From the NCBI GenBank assembly GCA_023249275.1, contig JAHFCV010000001.1, positions 1 through 46,372 on the forward strand: 46,372 nucleotides of DNA, given 5' to 3'. This document shows positions 26,682 to 35,467 of this stretch, one piece after another; position 1 is the stretch's first letter; each line of letters starts with the position of its first letter. This DNA is from Candidatus Methanoperedens sp. Its GTDB lineage: Archaea; Halobacteriota; Methanosarcinia; Methanosarcinales; Methanoperedenaceae. The translations under genes were made by a program, and so were the position numbers. A model generated the notes under the pieces. It searched no databases and was not told the DNA's origin. It saw only the letters and a program-made list of their open reading frames with translations.

Positions 26682-28502
26682 TCACATCTCAATCCGCGAA
26701 ATAACACCATGAAGCTTTTCTGATGGAAGTTTATAAAACTGAACGAATGCAGGCGTAAGCTTCTTGGTTGTCGAATATACCTTCCAGATAATATTGTCCG
26801 TCACAATGTCTTCAAGCCCGTAGAAGATTGTCTTTTCATCTATCCCAGACTCTTTCAATATTTCCTCCACATCAATCACTTCCATATAACCCGCCCGTAT
26901 CTCAAATACCCTCAACCCATCTGCAAGTTTATCCTTGAAAGAACTTGTAACCCCAAAAGGATTATCTAATTTGACAATTGAAACAATGATATTATCTTCA
27001 TAAATAATATTATTTTTAAACATGGTGTGTGCCATATAGGAGGGAATTTTTTGTATCTCTCTTGCAAAGAAAAGCGCGGTTCCTTTGATTTTATTCATAT
27101 TATTATATACATAATTATATTCTTCAAGGAAAACAGTAAGCGGGACGGGCGTAAGCGCATTGGCAAGCCGTTTCTGCCCTGAAGTGTATATCATAATTAC
27201 GCTAAACGGGATAGACGCCAGAATAATCGACCAGTAGCCGCCGTCAGGTATCTTGTGAAGACTTGAGAGAAAGAATGTCATAGCAACAAATGTCACAAGC
27301 AATGAAATTGCGGCTTTAGATAATTTATTCTTCAAATAAAAAATCCATGTCATCATCATGCCAGTAAGAGCCATAGTTCCCGTAACCGCAAGACCGTATG
27401 CAGCAGCTAAACCATGTGATTCCTTGAAATCAAACATAATAAATAATACAAAAAAAAGTAAAACCCAGTTAGCAGTGCCAATGTATATCTGCGAACTTAG
27501 TTTAGCCGATGTATAATCCACCTTAAGCATGGGCAGAACCCGGGTTGTAATTCCCTGATACACTATGGAGAACATGCCGCTTATCATTGCCTGAGAAGCT
27601 ATAATTGTTGCAAGAATACTGAGAACGAGAAATGGAATATAAAGAATCTGCGCCTGATGAAATATCATCTCAAAAAGTACATTTTTGGTCTCTGGATACT
27701 GGATAATAAAAGCGCCCTGCCCAAGATAATTTAATAAAAGAGCAAAAAATACAAAATACCAGCCCCTGATGATAGGAAGTTTTCCAAGCTGTCCCATGTC
27801 GGCATATAACGCCTCGCCCCCCGTGGCGCAGAGTATAACCTGGGAAAGTATAAAGAAACCTGCGATACCGTTCTCTATAAGAAATTTAAAAGCATAGTAG
27901 GGATTTATCGCTTTGAATACGGCTGGAACATGAAGAATCGAAATAAAACCCGAAGCTGCGATTGAGATAAACCACAACGCCATCACAGGACCGAATGCCC
28001 ATGCAACTTTTTCGGTGCCTTTTTTCTGGATTGAAAACAGCGCTATTGCTATTATTGCGGCGATAAGTACGAGCGTTTCCTTTGTGGTTCCTTCAAGCCC
28101 GGGAATAAGTACTATCCCTTCTACTGCGCTGAGTATGCTTATAGCCGGAGTGATGACGCCATCGCCGAAAAGAAGGGATATGCCAATGAAGGAAAGCAGT
28201 ATGACAAACGAGACCTTTCTTCCCGACTTTAACATCGGTATAAGTATCTCACGCAGGACAATGGTGCCTCCTTCGCCTTTCTGACCAAGGCTCATGGCGA
28301 GCCATGCGTATTCCACTGTTACGATAATAATAAGCGTCCATATAATGAGCGAGAGGATACCTATCACATGGGCTTCCGTAGGTCTGGTGAGCCAGGGGAG
28401 GAGAAAAATAACAGTGAGCGTATAAATTGGGCTTGTTCCAATGTCCCCGAAAACAAGCCCGAAGGATTTTATTATACCATTTAGGGTTTCTCTGCTGAGC
28501 AT
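26682..28502 (-). CDS. kup: KUP/HAK/KT potassium transporter
   Basis: GLVFGDIGTSPIYT, GEGGT, GDGVITPAISILSAVEG, TGGEALYADMG, IIASQAMISG, AAYGLAVTGTM. Confidence 0.96.
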   Translation of the reverse strand: MLSRETLNGIIKSFGLVFGDIGTSPIYTLTVIFLLPWLTRPTEAHVIGILSLIIWTLIIIVTVEYAWLAMSLGQKGEGGTIVLREILIPMLKSGRKVSFVILLSFIGISLLFGDGVITPAISILSAVEGIVLIPGLEGTTKETLVLIAAIIAIALFSIQKKGTEKVAWAFGPVMALWFISIAASGFISILHVPAVFKAINPYYAFKFLIENGIAGFFILSQVILCATGGEALYADMGQLGKLPIIRGWYFVFFALLLNYLGQGAFIIQYPETKNVLFEMIFHQAQILYIPFLVLSILATIIASQAMISGMFSIVYQGITTRVLPMLKVDYTSAKLSSQIYIGTANWVLLFFVLFIMFDFKESHGLAAAYGLAVTGTMALTGMMMTWIFYLKNKLSKAAISLLVTFVAMTFFLSSLHKIPDGGYWSIILASIPFSVIMIYTSGQKRLANALTPVPLTVFLEEYNYVYNNMNKIKGTALFFAREIQKIPSYMAHTMFKNNIIYEDNIIVSIVKLDNPFGVTSSFKDKLADGLRVFEIRAGYMEVIDVEEILKESGIDEKTIFYGLEDIVTDNIIWKVYSTTKKLTPAFVQFYKLPSEKLHGVISRIEM

Positions 28503-28614
28503 AATTTATTCCGGCTTACGAGCGTGTAAATCTTTCTCTGAAGATACTCTTAATGGTTTTAAGGGTTTCTAATTGACTAAGCCCCTTGAGCCCTATAAGA
28601 TGGCAATAAATTAA

Positions 28615-29751
28615 CTATTCTACAAATGGTTTCCCGGACTTCAATATAACATCCGCGACCTCAGGTCTCATCAGGTCTGCCGTTGGTCGTTTCCCTGCTT
28701 CTATCATCTGCCTCATCTTTGTCCCGCTAAAATCAATCCTGTCGCTGTGCGGGCATACCTTGTCATTGGTTATACCGCCGCATTTGTTGCAGTAGAAAAA
28801 CGACATGAAGAACATGGGTTCGATGCCGATGTCAGGGAATTCCTTGAATATTTCCTGCGCTGCGTAGGGATGATAATAGCTTCCCACGCCTGCATGGTCT
28901 CTTCCTATGATGAAATGCGTGCACCCGTAGTTCTTCCTGACGATTGCATGGAATATCGCTTCACGGGGTCCTGCATAGCGCATCTCGGTCTGGAATATGC
29001 CAAGGACAACACGGTCTTTGGGATAATAATTGTCAATGAGCACTTCGTAGCTCTCAAGAATGACATCGTCCCTGAAATCGCCTTTCTTTTTCTTGCCAAT
29101 GACAGGGTTTATGAAAAGCCCGTCCACCATCGTAAGCGCGGATTTCTGGAGGTATTCATGACCAAGGTGAGCAACATTCCGCGTCTGGAACCCCACGACT
29201 TTTTCCCAGCCTTTTTCCTTAAAGAGATTCCTTGTCTCAGCGGGTTTCATCGCATATTTGAAATAAGGAGTTTCTGATTCATTTATCAGGTTTATTTTCC
29301 CGCCAAGCAGCTTATCCTTCATCGAATAGGTCTTTGCGACCCCGGGATGCGCCGCGTCGTTTGTCCCGAATACCTGTTCGGCATAGGCTCTTTTGTCATA
29401 GCCGTATATTTCATCGACCTGCATCAGCGCCACAAGATGTTCGTTGCTTTTGAGGATTATCTCATCCCCTTCATTTATATCGCTATTATCAGAATCAAGC
29501 ACAATAGGGAGCGTCCATGGAAGACCGTTAGACAGGCGTTTATTGTAGAGAATGCTTTCATAATCCTCGCGGCAGTTGAAGCCCTCAAGAGGGCTGAACA
29601 ATCCCGAAGCGATGTTCTCCACGTCTTTCATGAGGTCAACGCTGATGGGAACGCTCTGGTATTCTGAAGCCTGCTCGATGATCTTTTTTCGTTTCTGTTC
29701 AGGTAATACTCTACTTATGAGTTTTCCGCCATGTGGTTTGATCTGTGTCAT
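28615..29751 (-). CDS. sat: Sulfate adenylyltransferase
   Basis: PHGGKL, FSPLEGF, FQTRNVAHLGHE, MRYAGPREA.FHA..RKNYGCTHFIIGRDHAGVG, SGTKMR, MRPEV. Confidence 0.96.
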   Translation of the reverse strand: MTQIKPHGGKLISRVLPEQKRKKIIEQASEYQSVPISVDLMKDVENIASGLFSPLEGFNCREDYESILYNKRLSNGLPWTLPIVLDSDNSDINEGDEIILKSNEHLVALMQVDEIYGYDKRAYAEQVFGTNDAAHPGVAKTYSMKDKLLGGKINLINESETPYFKYAMKPAETRNLFKEKGWEKVVGFQTRNVAHLGHEYLQKSALTMVDGLFINPVIGKKKKGDFRDDVILESYEVLIDNYYPKDRVVLGIFQTEMRYAGPREAIFHAIVRKNYGCTHFIIGRDHAGVGSYYHPYAAQEIFKEFPDIGIEPMFFMSFFYCNKCGGITNDKVCPHSDRIDFSGTKMRQMIEAGKRPTADLMRPEVADVILKSGKPFVE

Positions 29752-29777
29752 TGTTATCCCAGCTTTTTAAAATTATA

Positions 29778-29849
29778 GCCGCACATAATCGCCAATGAGC
29801 ACAGATTTATTGATGGAATATCTGCGTTTATCTGCGTTTATCTGCGGTT
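29778..29849. repeat. Palindromic heptamer-array element C (CGCAGAT-like x3 ... ATCTGCG x3)
   Basis: CGCACAT/CGCCAAT/CACAGAT at 29780, 29790, 29800; ATCTGCG at 29820, 29830, 29840 followed by GTT; 10-nt period. Confidence 0.7.
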
Positions 29850-29862
29850 TGTATTCACGTCC

Positions 29863-30582
29863 TTACTTTTTCACATTCCCTGCATGCAGCCCGCATTCCT
29901 TCTTGGTTGCATCCTCCCACCACCAGCGCCCCTCACGCTCGTGCTGCCCTGGCAAGGTAGGTTTCGTGCACGGCTCACAACCGATGCTTACAAACCCTTT
30001 TTCATGCAGCTTGTTGTAAGGGACGTTGTTCTCCCGAATATAATCCCATACCTGTTTTGATGTCCAGTTCGCAAGCGGGTTGAATTTAATGAGCTTTCCT
30101 GTCCCGAATGTCGGGTCTTTCTGTATTACAGGCACGGCAGCTCTTGTTCCGGGGCTCTGGTCTTTGCGCTGACCGGTTATCCAGGCGTCCACAGTGTTGA
30201 GAGCGCGTTTTAATGGGTCAACCTTGCGTGCGTCACAGCATTCCTTGTGACCATCTTTGTAAAATGAGAATAATCCTTTTTCCTTCACCAGTTTTTCCGT
30301 GGCGTCGCGGTTGGCAAAAAACACTTCGATATTGATATTGTATTTATTCCTGACCTCCTCGATGAACTGGTACGTCTCAGGATGGAGGCGCCCCGTGTCA
30401 AGCGTAAAAACCCTGAACAGTTTGCCTGTCTTCTTTGCCATGTCGATTAATACAACATCCTCTGCGCCGCTGAATGAGATTGCGATATTCTTGAATTTTC
30501 CAAGCGCCAAATCTATGATTTCCTGCGGCGAGCTATTCTCGTATTCCTTTGCCAATTGTTCAAAATTGAGTTGTTCTGACAT
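29863..30582 (-). CDS. cysH: Assimilatory (thioredoxin-type) APS reductase with [4Fe-4S] motif
   Basis: [25 protein letters not shown] and SIGCEPCT (CC-x-CxxC marks APS rather than PAPS type), REGRW, ECGLH. Confidence 0.93.
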   Translation of the reverse strand: MSEQLNFEQLAKEYENSSPQEIIDLALGKFKNIAISFSGAEDVVLIDMAKKTGKLFRVFTLDTGRLHPETYQFIEEVRNKYNINIEVFFANRDATEKLVKEKGLFSFYKDGHKECCDARKVDPLKRALNTVDAWITGQRKDQSPGTRAAVPVIQKDPTFGTGKLIKFNPLANWTSKQVWDYIRENNVPYNKLHEKGFVSIGCEPCTKPTLPGQHEREGRWWWEDATKKECGLHAGNVKK

Positions 30583-30605
30583 TTATTATCCTTATCCAAT
30601 TGCTA

Positions 30606-31463
30606 TTATCCTAAAATTTCCTTTCTGAACTTTTCAAATCCCACGCGGTCGAGGCAGTCTCCGAACCGCTCGCCAATATTGGTGTTCTTCTTTGACCAGT
30701 TAATTATCTTCCTGAATATAGCCACTGCCTCCTGAGAGGATTTTGCATCTGTCAATTCCACTCCGAGTTTTGGATGCTTCCCGATTTTTCCGCCCACAAA
30801 GAGCTTGTAGCCTTTCCATTCCTCTGTAATAAGGTCTGTCGGGCACGCTCCCATGCATGCGCCGCAGAGGTTGCATTTGTCCCAGAGTATCTTCGCTTTT
30901 TCATTTTCCACGACAATGGCTTTCTCGGGGCACATAAAAGTGCATGTTCCGCAGCCTGTGCACTCCTCTGTGTTAATGACGGGTTTGAGTATTCCCATCA
31001 CCCCGAGGTCGTTCTCCTGCGGCTTGGCGCAGGCGTTGGGGCATCCTGTTACTGCGAATTTTATTTTTACAGGCATGTCCTCGCCAAAAAATTCCTTATC
31101 AAGAATACCCGCCAGACCGTAGGTGTCTATGATGCCGTAATTGCATTCGAGGTTTCCGGGGCATGAAATGATATTGCGTACGCGGGGTCCGCATGAACCC
31201 GGCGGTGTGCCGTTATCCTCAAGCTCTTTTGTGATAGCGTCAAGATTGTGGATATTCACATCAGGAATCTGCATCCCCTGGCGCGTTGTGATGTGAATGT
31301 ATCCTGTGCCGTATTTTTTGGCAATCAGGCTGATTCCGTCAAGCTGAGGAGATGTAACATTGCCGCATGGCATGCGCAGCCTGACCACGAACAGGTCTTT
31401 CTGCTTCTGCTTCATGTAACCGGATTTTTTTAAGAGAGCTACGTCAAGTTTTTCAAGCGTCAT
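30606..31463 (-). CDS. Siroheme sulfite/nitrite reductase-like protein with ferredoxin insert (Dsr-LP/AsrC-like)
   Basis: HITTRQ, RNIISCPGNLEC (Cx5C), GCPNAC (Cx3C), CTGCGTCTFMCP, CNLCGACMGACP, GGKIG, GERFGD. Confidence 0.88.
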   Translation of the reverse strand: MTLEKLDVALLKKSGYMKQKQKDLFVVRLRMPCGNVTSPQLDGISLIAKKYGTGYIHITTRQGMQIPDVNIHNLDAITKELEDNGTPPGSCGPRVRNIISCPGNLECNYGIIDTYGLAGILDKEFFGEDMPVKIKFAVTGCPNACAKPQENDLGVMGILKPVINTEECTGCGTCTFMCPEKAIVVENEKAKILWDKCNLCGACMGACPTDLITEEWKGYKLFVGGKIGKHPKLGVELTDAKSSQEAVAIFRKIINWSKKNTNIGERFGDCLDRVGFEKFRKEILG

Positions 31464-31550
31464 GATGCACCTTGATATTCGGAAGGATATTTAAATATGA
31501 GGTGTTTAACACAATCGAGACTTAAATATAACTGATGAATGCGGCAATAT

Positions 31551-31574
31551 TTGTTAATAATATTTTACTAACAA
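31551..31574. promoter_or_regulatory. Palindromic operator candidate upstream of the sulfate-assimilation operon
   Basis: TTGTTAATAA-tatt-TTACTAACAA (9/10 inverted match), just upstream of a TATA-like TATATTTAAG on the minus strand (31521-31530). Confidence 0.45.
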
Positions 31575-31654
31575 TAAATTAATAATATTGATTGGATATT
31601 AGATTTGGCGCTCATTCCAGTACCCAAGCCTAACATAAGGTTCCTGTGTCAAAC

Positions 31655-31816
31655 TCAGGATTTCTGAAATGCATTGTCTATGAAATCTTTATGTTGCTTT
31701 GACCAGACTTTATTTGGTGTTGCTTTTATCCATTCAACATATTTATCAATGAAATCCAGACGTTCCTTGAAATTGGTCTCTTTTTCTTTTTTTAATTCTT
31801 CTATATCAATTTTCAT
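31655..31816 (-). CDS. Small helical protein (53 aa), partner of the nucleotidyltransferase-like gene
   Basis: Hand translation MKIDIEELKKEKETNFKERLDFIDKYVEWIKATPNKVWSKQHKDFIDNAFQKS; overlaps the upstream gene by 11 bp. Confidence 0.75.
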   Translation of the reverse strand: MKIDIEELKKEKETNFKERLDFIDKYVEWIKATPNKVWSKQHKDFIDNAFQKS

Positions 31817-32423
31817 CTAAGTCCCCCAGATACCTTTCAATATTATAATCCGGTATCTTGAGTTTGGTTAAGAACTGTCTCAGCAATGCATTATCCATAT
31901 TATCGTTAAAAAGCTTGAACAGGAACCGGGCATCTTCAATATCTTTCTCTGACCCCAGAAATAGCTTGTATGGTATCTGCAATTCGAGTGGAGATAGATA
32001 TAATGACCTGTCGGCAAGCTTTACATGTTTTCTATGTTCAAGGGAGTACCTATCAAGGTCATTTTTTACAAATTTGAGTTCGATGTTGGGAATAAAACTC
32101 CCTTTTTTTGCCAATCGTATAGCATGATGATTTTCCAGATAATCGTTGTATGCCTCGTAAGAATTGCTGGTATTGAGGCATTCGTAGTTCTGCTCTAACT
32201 CTTTCCAGAATTCCAAGAATTTTTCAAATGGTATGCGTTCGATTAAAAGATCTACATCTTCGCTTATCCTGCTTCGCCCGAAAAGAATAGCGACATACCC
32301 TGAAACAATTACATATTTCATATTGTTTTTTTCCAGATTTTCTGTGAAATCCAAAACAAAACTATCCAGTAAAGAAAGCTCCCTGTTGAATATTATTTTA
32401 TCTTCTTTGAATTCCACTTCCAT
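31806..32423 (-). CDS. Nucleotidyltransferase-fold protein (AbiEii/DUF6036-like)
   Basis: YVIVSGYVAILFGRSRISEDVDLL (Pol-beta-type G..DxD) and K...GSEKDIED. Confidence 0.75.
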   Translation of the reverse strand: MEVEFKEDKIIFNRELSLLDSFVLDFTENLEKNNMKYVIVSGYVAILFGRSRISEDVDLLIERIPFEKFLEFWKELEQNYECLNTSNSYEAYNDYLENHHAIRLAKKGSFIPNIELKFVKNDLDRYSLEHRKHVKLADRSLYLSPLELQIPYKLFLGSEKDIEDARFLFKLFNDNMDNALLRQFLTKLKIPDYNIERYLGDLDEN

Positions 32424-32664
32424 TTATCCTTCCTGCTTCATTAACCCGCTTTTTAAATTTCGTATTATAACCATTCATATCTCTCCCTTAAATGCTTTGT
32501 CCAGCACTATTCTCTATCTCAATAGACACCCAAAGCTGTATATTAAAACTTTGATAAAATCTTTTTGCTTGCTTCTTTTTAAAACATCGTTGGTATAAAA
32601 TTATTTGTTAATAAAATACGAAACATATATGTTGGGAGGAGGTTATTTAAAAATGGGGATTTTT

Positions 32665-33651
32665 ATGGAAAATCAAATTCTCTGGCTCAACCGGAAGGAA
32701 GTGGAATCGCTTCTGGACATGAAAGGAACTCTCAAGGTCGTGGAAGAAGCCTTCAGGCAGCACGGTCTTAAAAAAGTCCAGATGCCGCCCAAATTATATC
32801 TCTATTTCAAAAAGCATAACGGCGACCTGCGGACGATGCCTGCGTATCTTGAAGAGCAGGACATTACAGGTGTCAAGATAGTGAACGTCCATCCTGACAA
32901 TCCAAAAAAAGGTCTTCCGACGGTGATGGCGCTGGTAATCCTGAACTCCACGGAGACGGGCGCGCCGATTGCGGTAATGGATGGGACGTATCTCACGGAT
33001 ATGAGAACAGGCGCCTCCGGAGGGGTTGCTGTGAAATATCTTGCGCGCAGGAATGCAAAAACAGTAGGTTTTGTGGGAGCCGGGAACCAGGCAAGGACGC
33101 AGCTTCTGGCGATAAATGAAGTGATTGATATAGAGGAAGTAAAAGCCACAAGCGCATCTGAGAAAAGTACGCTTGCTTTTAAGGACGACATGGAATTAAG
33201 AATAGAATGTGAAATTACAGCTAAAAAAACCATTAAAGAAGTGTGCGATTGCGATATACTCGTTACGACAACGCCTTCAAGAGAACCTATAGTGATGAAC
33301 GAGTGGATAGCGCAAGGCACGCATATCAATGCGATTGGGGCGGATGCTGCTGGTAAAGAGGAGTTTGACCCATTGATATTGAAGCGCGCGAAGGTCGTGG
33401 TGGATGACCTTCCTCAGGCTTCGCATTCTGGCGAGGTGAATGTGCCTCTGTCAAAGGGATTGCTTTCTGTAGAAGATATTTTTTGTGAACTGGGCGAGGT
33501 AATTACGGGGAGGAAGAAGGCGAGAACGAGGGATTCTGATATTACGGTTTTCGATTCGACGGGGCTTGCGATACAGGATGTGGCGACTGCGGATATGGTG
33601 TATGGGAAGGCGATGGAAGCGAATATGGGGATAAAATTGCAGCAGTTCTAA
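32665..33651 (+). CDS. ala: Alanine dehydrogenase, archaeal ornithine cyclodeaminase/mu-crystallin type
   Basis: QMPPKLYL, GDLRTMPAY, GVKIVNVHPDNP, TDMRTGA, GAGNQA, HINAIGAD, FDSTGLAIQD; start at MENQILWL. Confidence 0.88.
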   Translation: MENQILWLNRKEVESLLDMKGTLKVVEEAFRQHGLKKVQMPPKLYLYFKKHNGDLRTMPAYLEEQDITGVKIVNVHPDNPKKGLPTVMALVILNSTETGAPIAVMDGTYLTDMRTGASGGVAVKYLARRNAKTVGFVGAGNQARTQLLAINEVIDIEEVKATSASEKSTLAFKDDMELRIECEITAKKTIKEVCDCDILVTTTPSREPIVMNEWIAQGTHINAIGADAAGKEEFDPLILKRAKVVVDDLPQASHSGEVNVPLSKGLLSVEDIFCELGEVITGRKKARTRDSDITVFDSTGLAIQDVATADMVYGKAMEANMGIKLQQF

Positions 33652-33744
33652 TCTGAGGGTTTTTGCTAACAATTGAAAAAGAGAAGGAACTTTCGAATTA
33701 CAGGGGCACGTTTTTTAAAATTCCCTGAAAAATAAAAAAGGGGC

Positions 33745-33984
33745 TTACAGCCCCGCTCTCTGGACAATCACGTCTGCTACCTGTGCAGCACTTCTAAAAG
33801 GGAAGTCGCTCGCTTTAAGCAGCTTTCCAGCTTCGCCTGCTGTCATTTTAACATCGCCTACCTGGCAGGTAGTATTTGCGCCATCCGGAAAGGCTGCAAG
33901 GAGTTCTCCGGGCGACTTTAGTGGGAACTTTGCACCTTTTAGCGCTCCCGTAATCTGGGCATGTATTTCATCTCTGACACTCAT
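33745..33984 (-). CDS. MTH865 family protein
   Basis: ALKGAKFPLKSP.ELLAAFPDGANTTC...AGEAGKLL..DFPF. Confidence 0.85.
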   Translation of the reverse strand: MSVRDEIHAQITGALKGAKFPLKSPGELLAAFPDGANTTCQVGDVKMTAGEAGKLLKASDFPFRSAAQVADVIVQRAGL

Positions 33985-34145
33985 TCTTTCACCTCCATCA
34001 TTGCTTTTATCTCACCGGCTGCATTAGAAATAGGGCAGCCATTGTTGTGTGTTTCACAATGGAAACACGCACTTTTTACTGTATTCAGCGATCTCTCAGC
34101 ATCTTCTTTTTTAACTTGTTTGTTTGTATATTTCCATTCAGGCAT
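33981..34145 (-). CDS. Small Cys/His metal-binding protein (54 aa)
   Basis: Hand translation MPEWKYTNKQVKKEDAERSLNTVKSACFHCETHNNGCPISNAAGEIKAMMEVKE; GAGGTGA RBS; ATGA overlap with the MTH865 gene. Confidence 0.8.
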   Translation of the reverse strand: MPEWKYTNKQVKKEDAERSLNTVKSACFHCETHNNGCPISNAAGEIKAMMEVKE

Positions 34146-34211
34146 TTATTTCACCTCAATATCATACAATAATTAGTTATTAATATATACTTAATCGTCA
34201 TAAAAGTGTAC

Positions 34212-34228
34212 TATAGTTAAAAACCTAA
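34212..34228. promoter_or_regulatory. Operator candidate 1, TATAGTT-N3-AACTATA type
   Basis: TATAGTT-AAA-AACCTAA. Confidence 0.5.
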
Positions 34229-34253
34229 TTTTTGATACTTATTTTATGAAACA

Positions 34254-34321
34254 CTTTGCGTTCTTGGCGTCCTTTGCGGTGCTTGATTTTATTCACCGCA
34301 GAGAGCGCAAAGGTCGCAAAG
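34254..34321. repeat. Palindromic heptamer-array element D (CTTTGCG x3 ... CGCAAAG x3)
   Basis: CTTTGCG/CTTGGCG/CTTTGCG at 34254, 34263, 34272 then GTG; CAC then CGCAGAG/CGCAAAG/CGCAAAG at 34297, 34306, 34315; 9-nt period. Confidence 0.8.
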
Positions 34322-34335
34322 ATAAGTTTAAAATG

Positions 34336-34352
34336 TTTAGTTTTTAACTATA
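34336..34352. promoter_or_regulatory. Operator candidate 2, TATAGTT-N3-AACTATA type
   Basis: TTTAGTT-TTT-AACTATA; its reverse complement shares 13 bp (TATAGTTAAAAAC) exactly with candidate 1. Confidence 0.5.
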
Positions 34353-34434
34353 AATACATTTTAATATACAAAAATGACCTTTAAGTTCATAATAGAAACC
34401 TTTTTGCCTGATAAGATGAAATATCATATCGATT

Positions 34435-35184
34435 ATGAAAGAAAAAAAAGATTTGCAGAAGGAAATCAATGAAATAAAATCAAAACTAACAGATATGCAT
34501 ACCGACTTGAAGCGATATTTAGAGCTTACAAAACTGAACAGCAATGAGTCAATTCGTTCAGGCGTACATAATAATTTTTCTAATGTCATTATAGGACACG
34601 TTATGGAAGACATCGAGGATGGTCTTGGAAGTAACATGGTCAGAAATTGCCAGATGCATGATACCTGCAAATCAACTTTCACCGGATTCCTCCAGAAGAA
34701 CGCGAGCCTTATAAAGCACGATAATGTGAATGAAAGCACTATTTCAAAAAGCCGGCTTGATTTGCAGGAAATGAAAAATGGCGCTCCGAAGAAGCAATGC
34801 GATAAATGCTTTTCTGAAGTCTCAGCACTCTTCGGAGAACAGGTCAATTTAATGCGCTCCCTGAGAATATATAGCACAAACGAAGAAAAGAAAAATTACA
34901 TTTCATCAATCCCTGAAGAATCAATGGTTAATGATATACTTGAGCCGCTGTCCAATATGCAAAGGCTCCAGATCTTAAAAGCAGTATCCGTCGAAGCGAA
35001 GACATTCTCCGCATTTTCGGAACTCACCGGGCTTCGCGGCGGCAATCTGCTTTTCCACTTGCAGAAATTGCTTGACAGCGGAATGATATTGCAGCGCCAT
35101 GAGAGGGGGGACTATATGATAACGGAAAAGGGATATAAAGTGCTCAAAGGAATCAGCGATATATGTTTGACTCTGGAACCATAA
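34435..35184 (+). CDS. Transcriptional regulator with Cys-rich N-terminal domain and C-terminal ArsR-like winged helix
   Basis: CQMHDTC and CDKC; LEPLSN.QRLQILK...TFSAFSELTGLRGGNLLFHLQKL...Y.ITEKG. Confidence 0.87.
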   Translation: MKEKKDLQKEINEIKSKLTDMHTDLKRYLELTKLNSNESIRSGVHNNFSNVIIGHVMEDIEDGLGSNMVRNCQMHDTCKSTFTGFLQKNASLIKHDNVNESTISKSRLDLQEMKNGAPKKQCDKCFSEVSALFGEQVNLMRSLRIYSTNEEKKNYISSIPEESMVNDILEPLSNMQRLQILKAVSVEAKTFSAFSELTGLRGGNLLFHLQKLLDSGMILQRHERGDYMITEKGYKVLKGISDICLTLEP

Positions 35185-35254
35185 TATTTATTCAAATTAA
35201 CCAAAACCTTTAATTCCGAATAATAACACTTACCGATATTTAGGAGAAAAAATC

Positions 35255-35467
35255 ATGGCAGTAAAAAAATATGATGGTCCATCCTTGACAATTGAAATAG
35301 ACGAAGACAAATGCAATGGCGACGGGGAATGTGTCAATGTCTGCCCGACCAACGTTTTTGAACTCGTGGACGGCAAATCAAAAGCTACCCGCGCGGCTGA
35401 CTGCATCGAGTGCTGCGCATGCGTGGATGCATGCCCTACAAAGGCAATCAAGCACAGTTCGTGCTAA
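35255..35467 (+). CDS. Ferredoxin (2 Fe-S cluster type)
   Basis: CNGDGECVNVCP (one Cys replaced by Asp) and CIECCACVDACP; AGGAG RBS. Confidence 0.9.
   Translation: MAVKKYDGPSLTIEIDEDKCNGDGECVNVCPTNVFELVDGKSKATRAADCIECCACVDACPTKAIKHSSC

Noticed and set aside
28503-28614. c-di-AMP (ydaO) riboswitch upstream of kup
   Set aside because: Only a short CTCGTAAGC match on the minus strand; the other conserved blocks are absent.
28615-31463. Dissimilatory sulfate reduction
   Set aside because: The APS reductase is CysH-type; no aprAB, dsrAB/dsrC or qmo.
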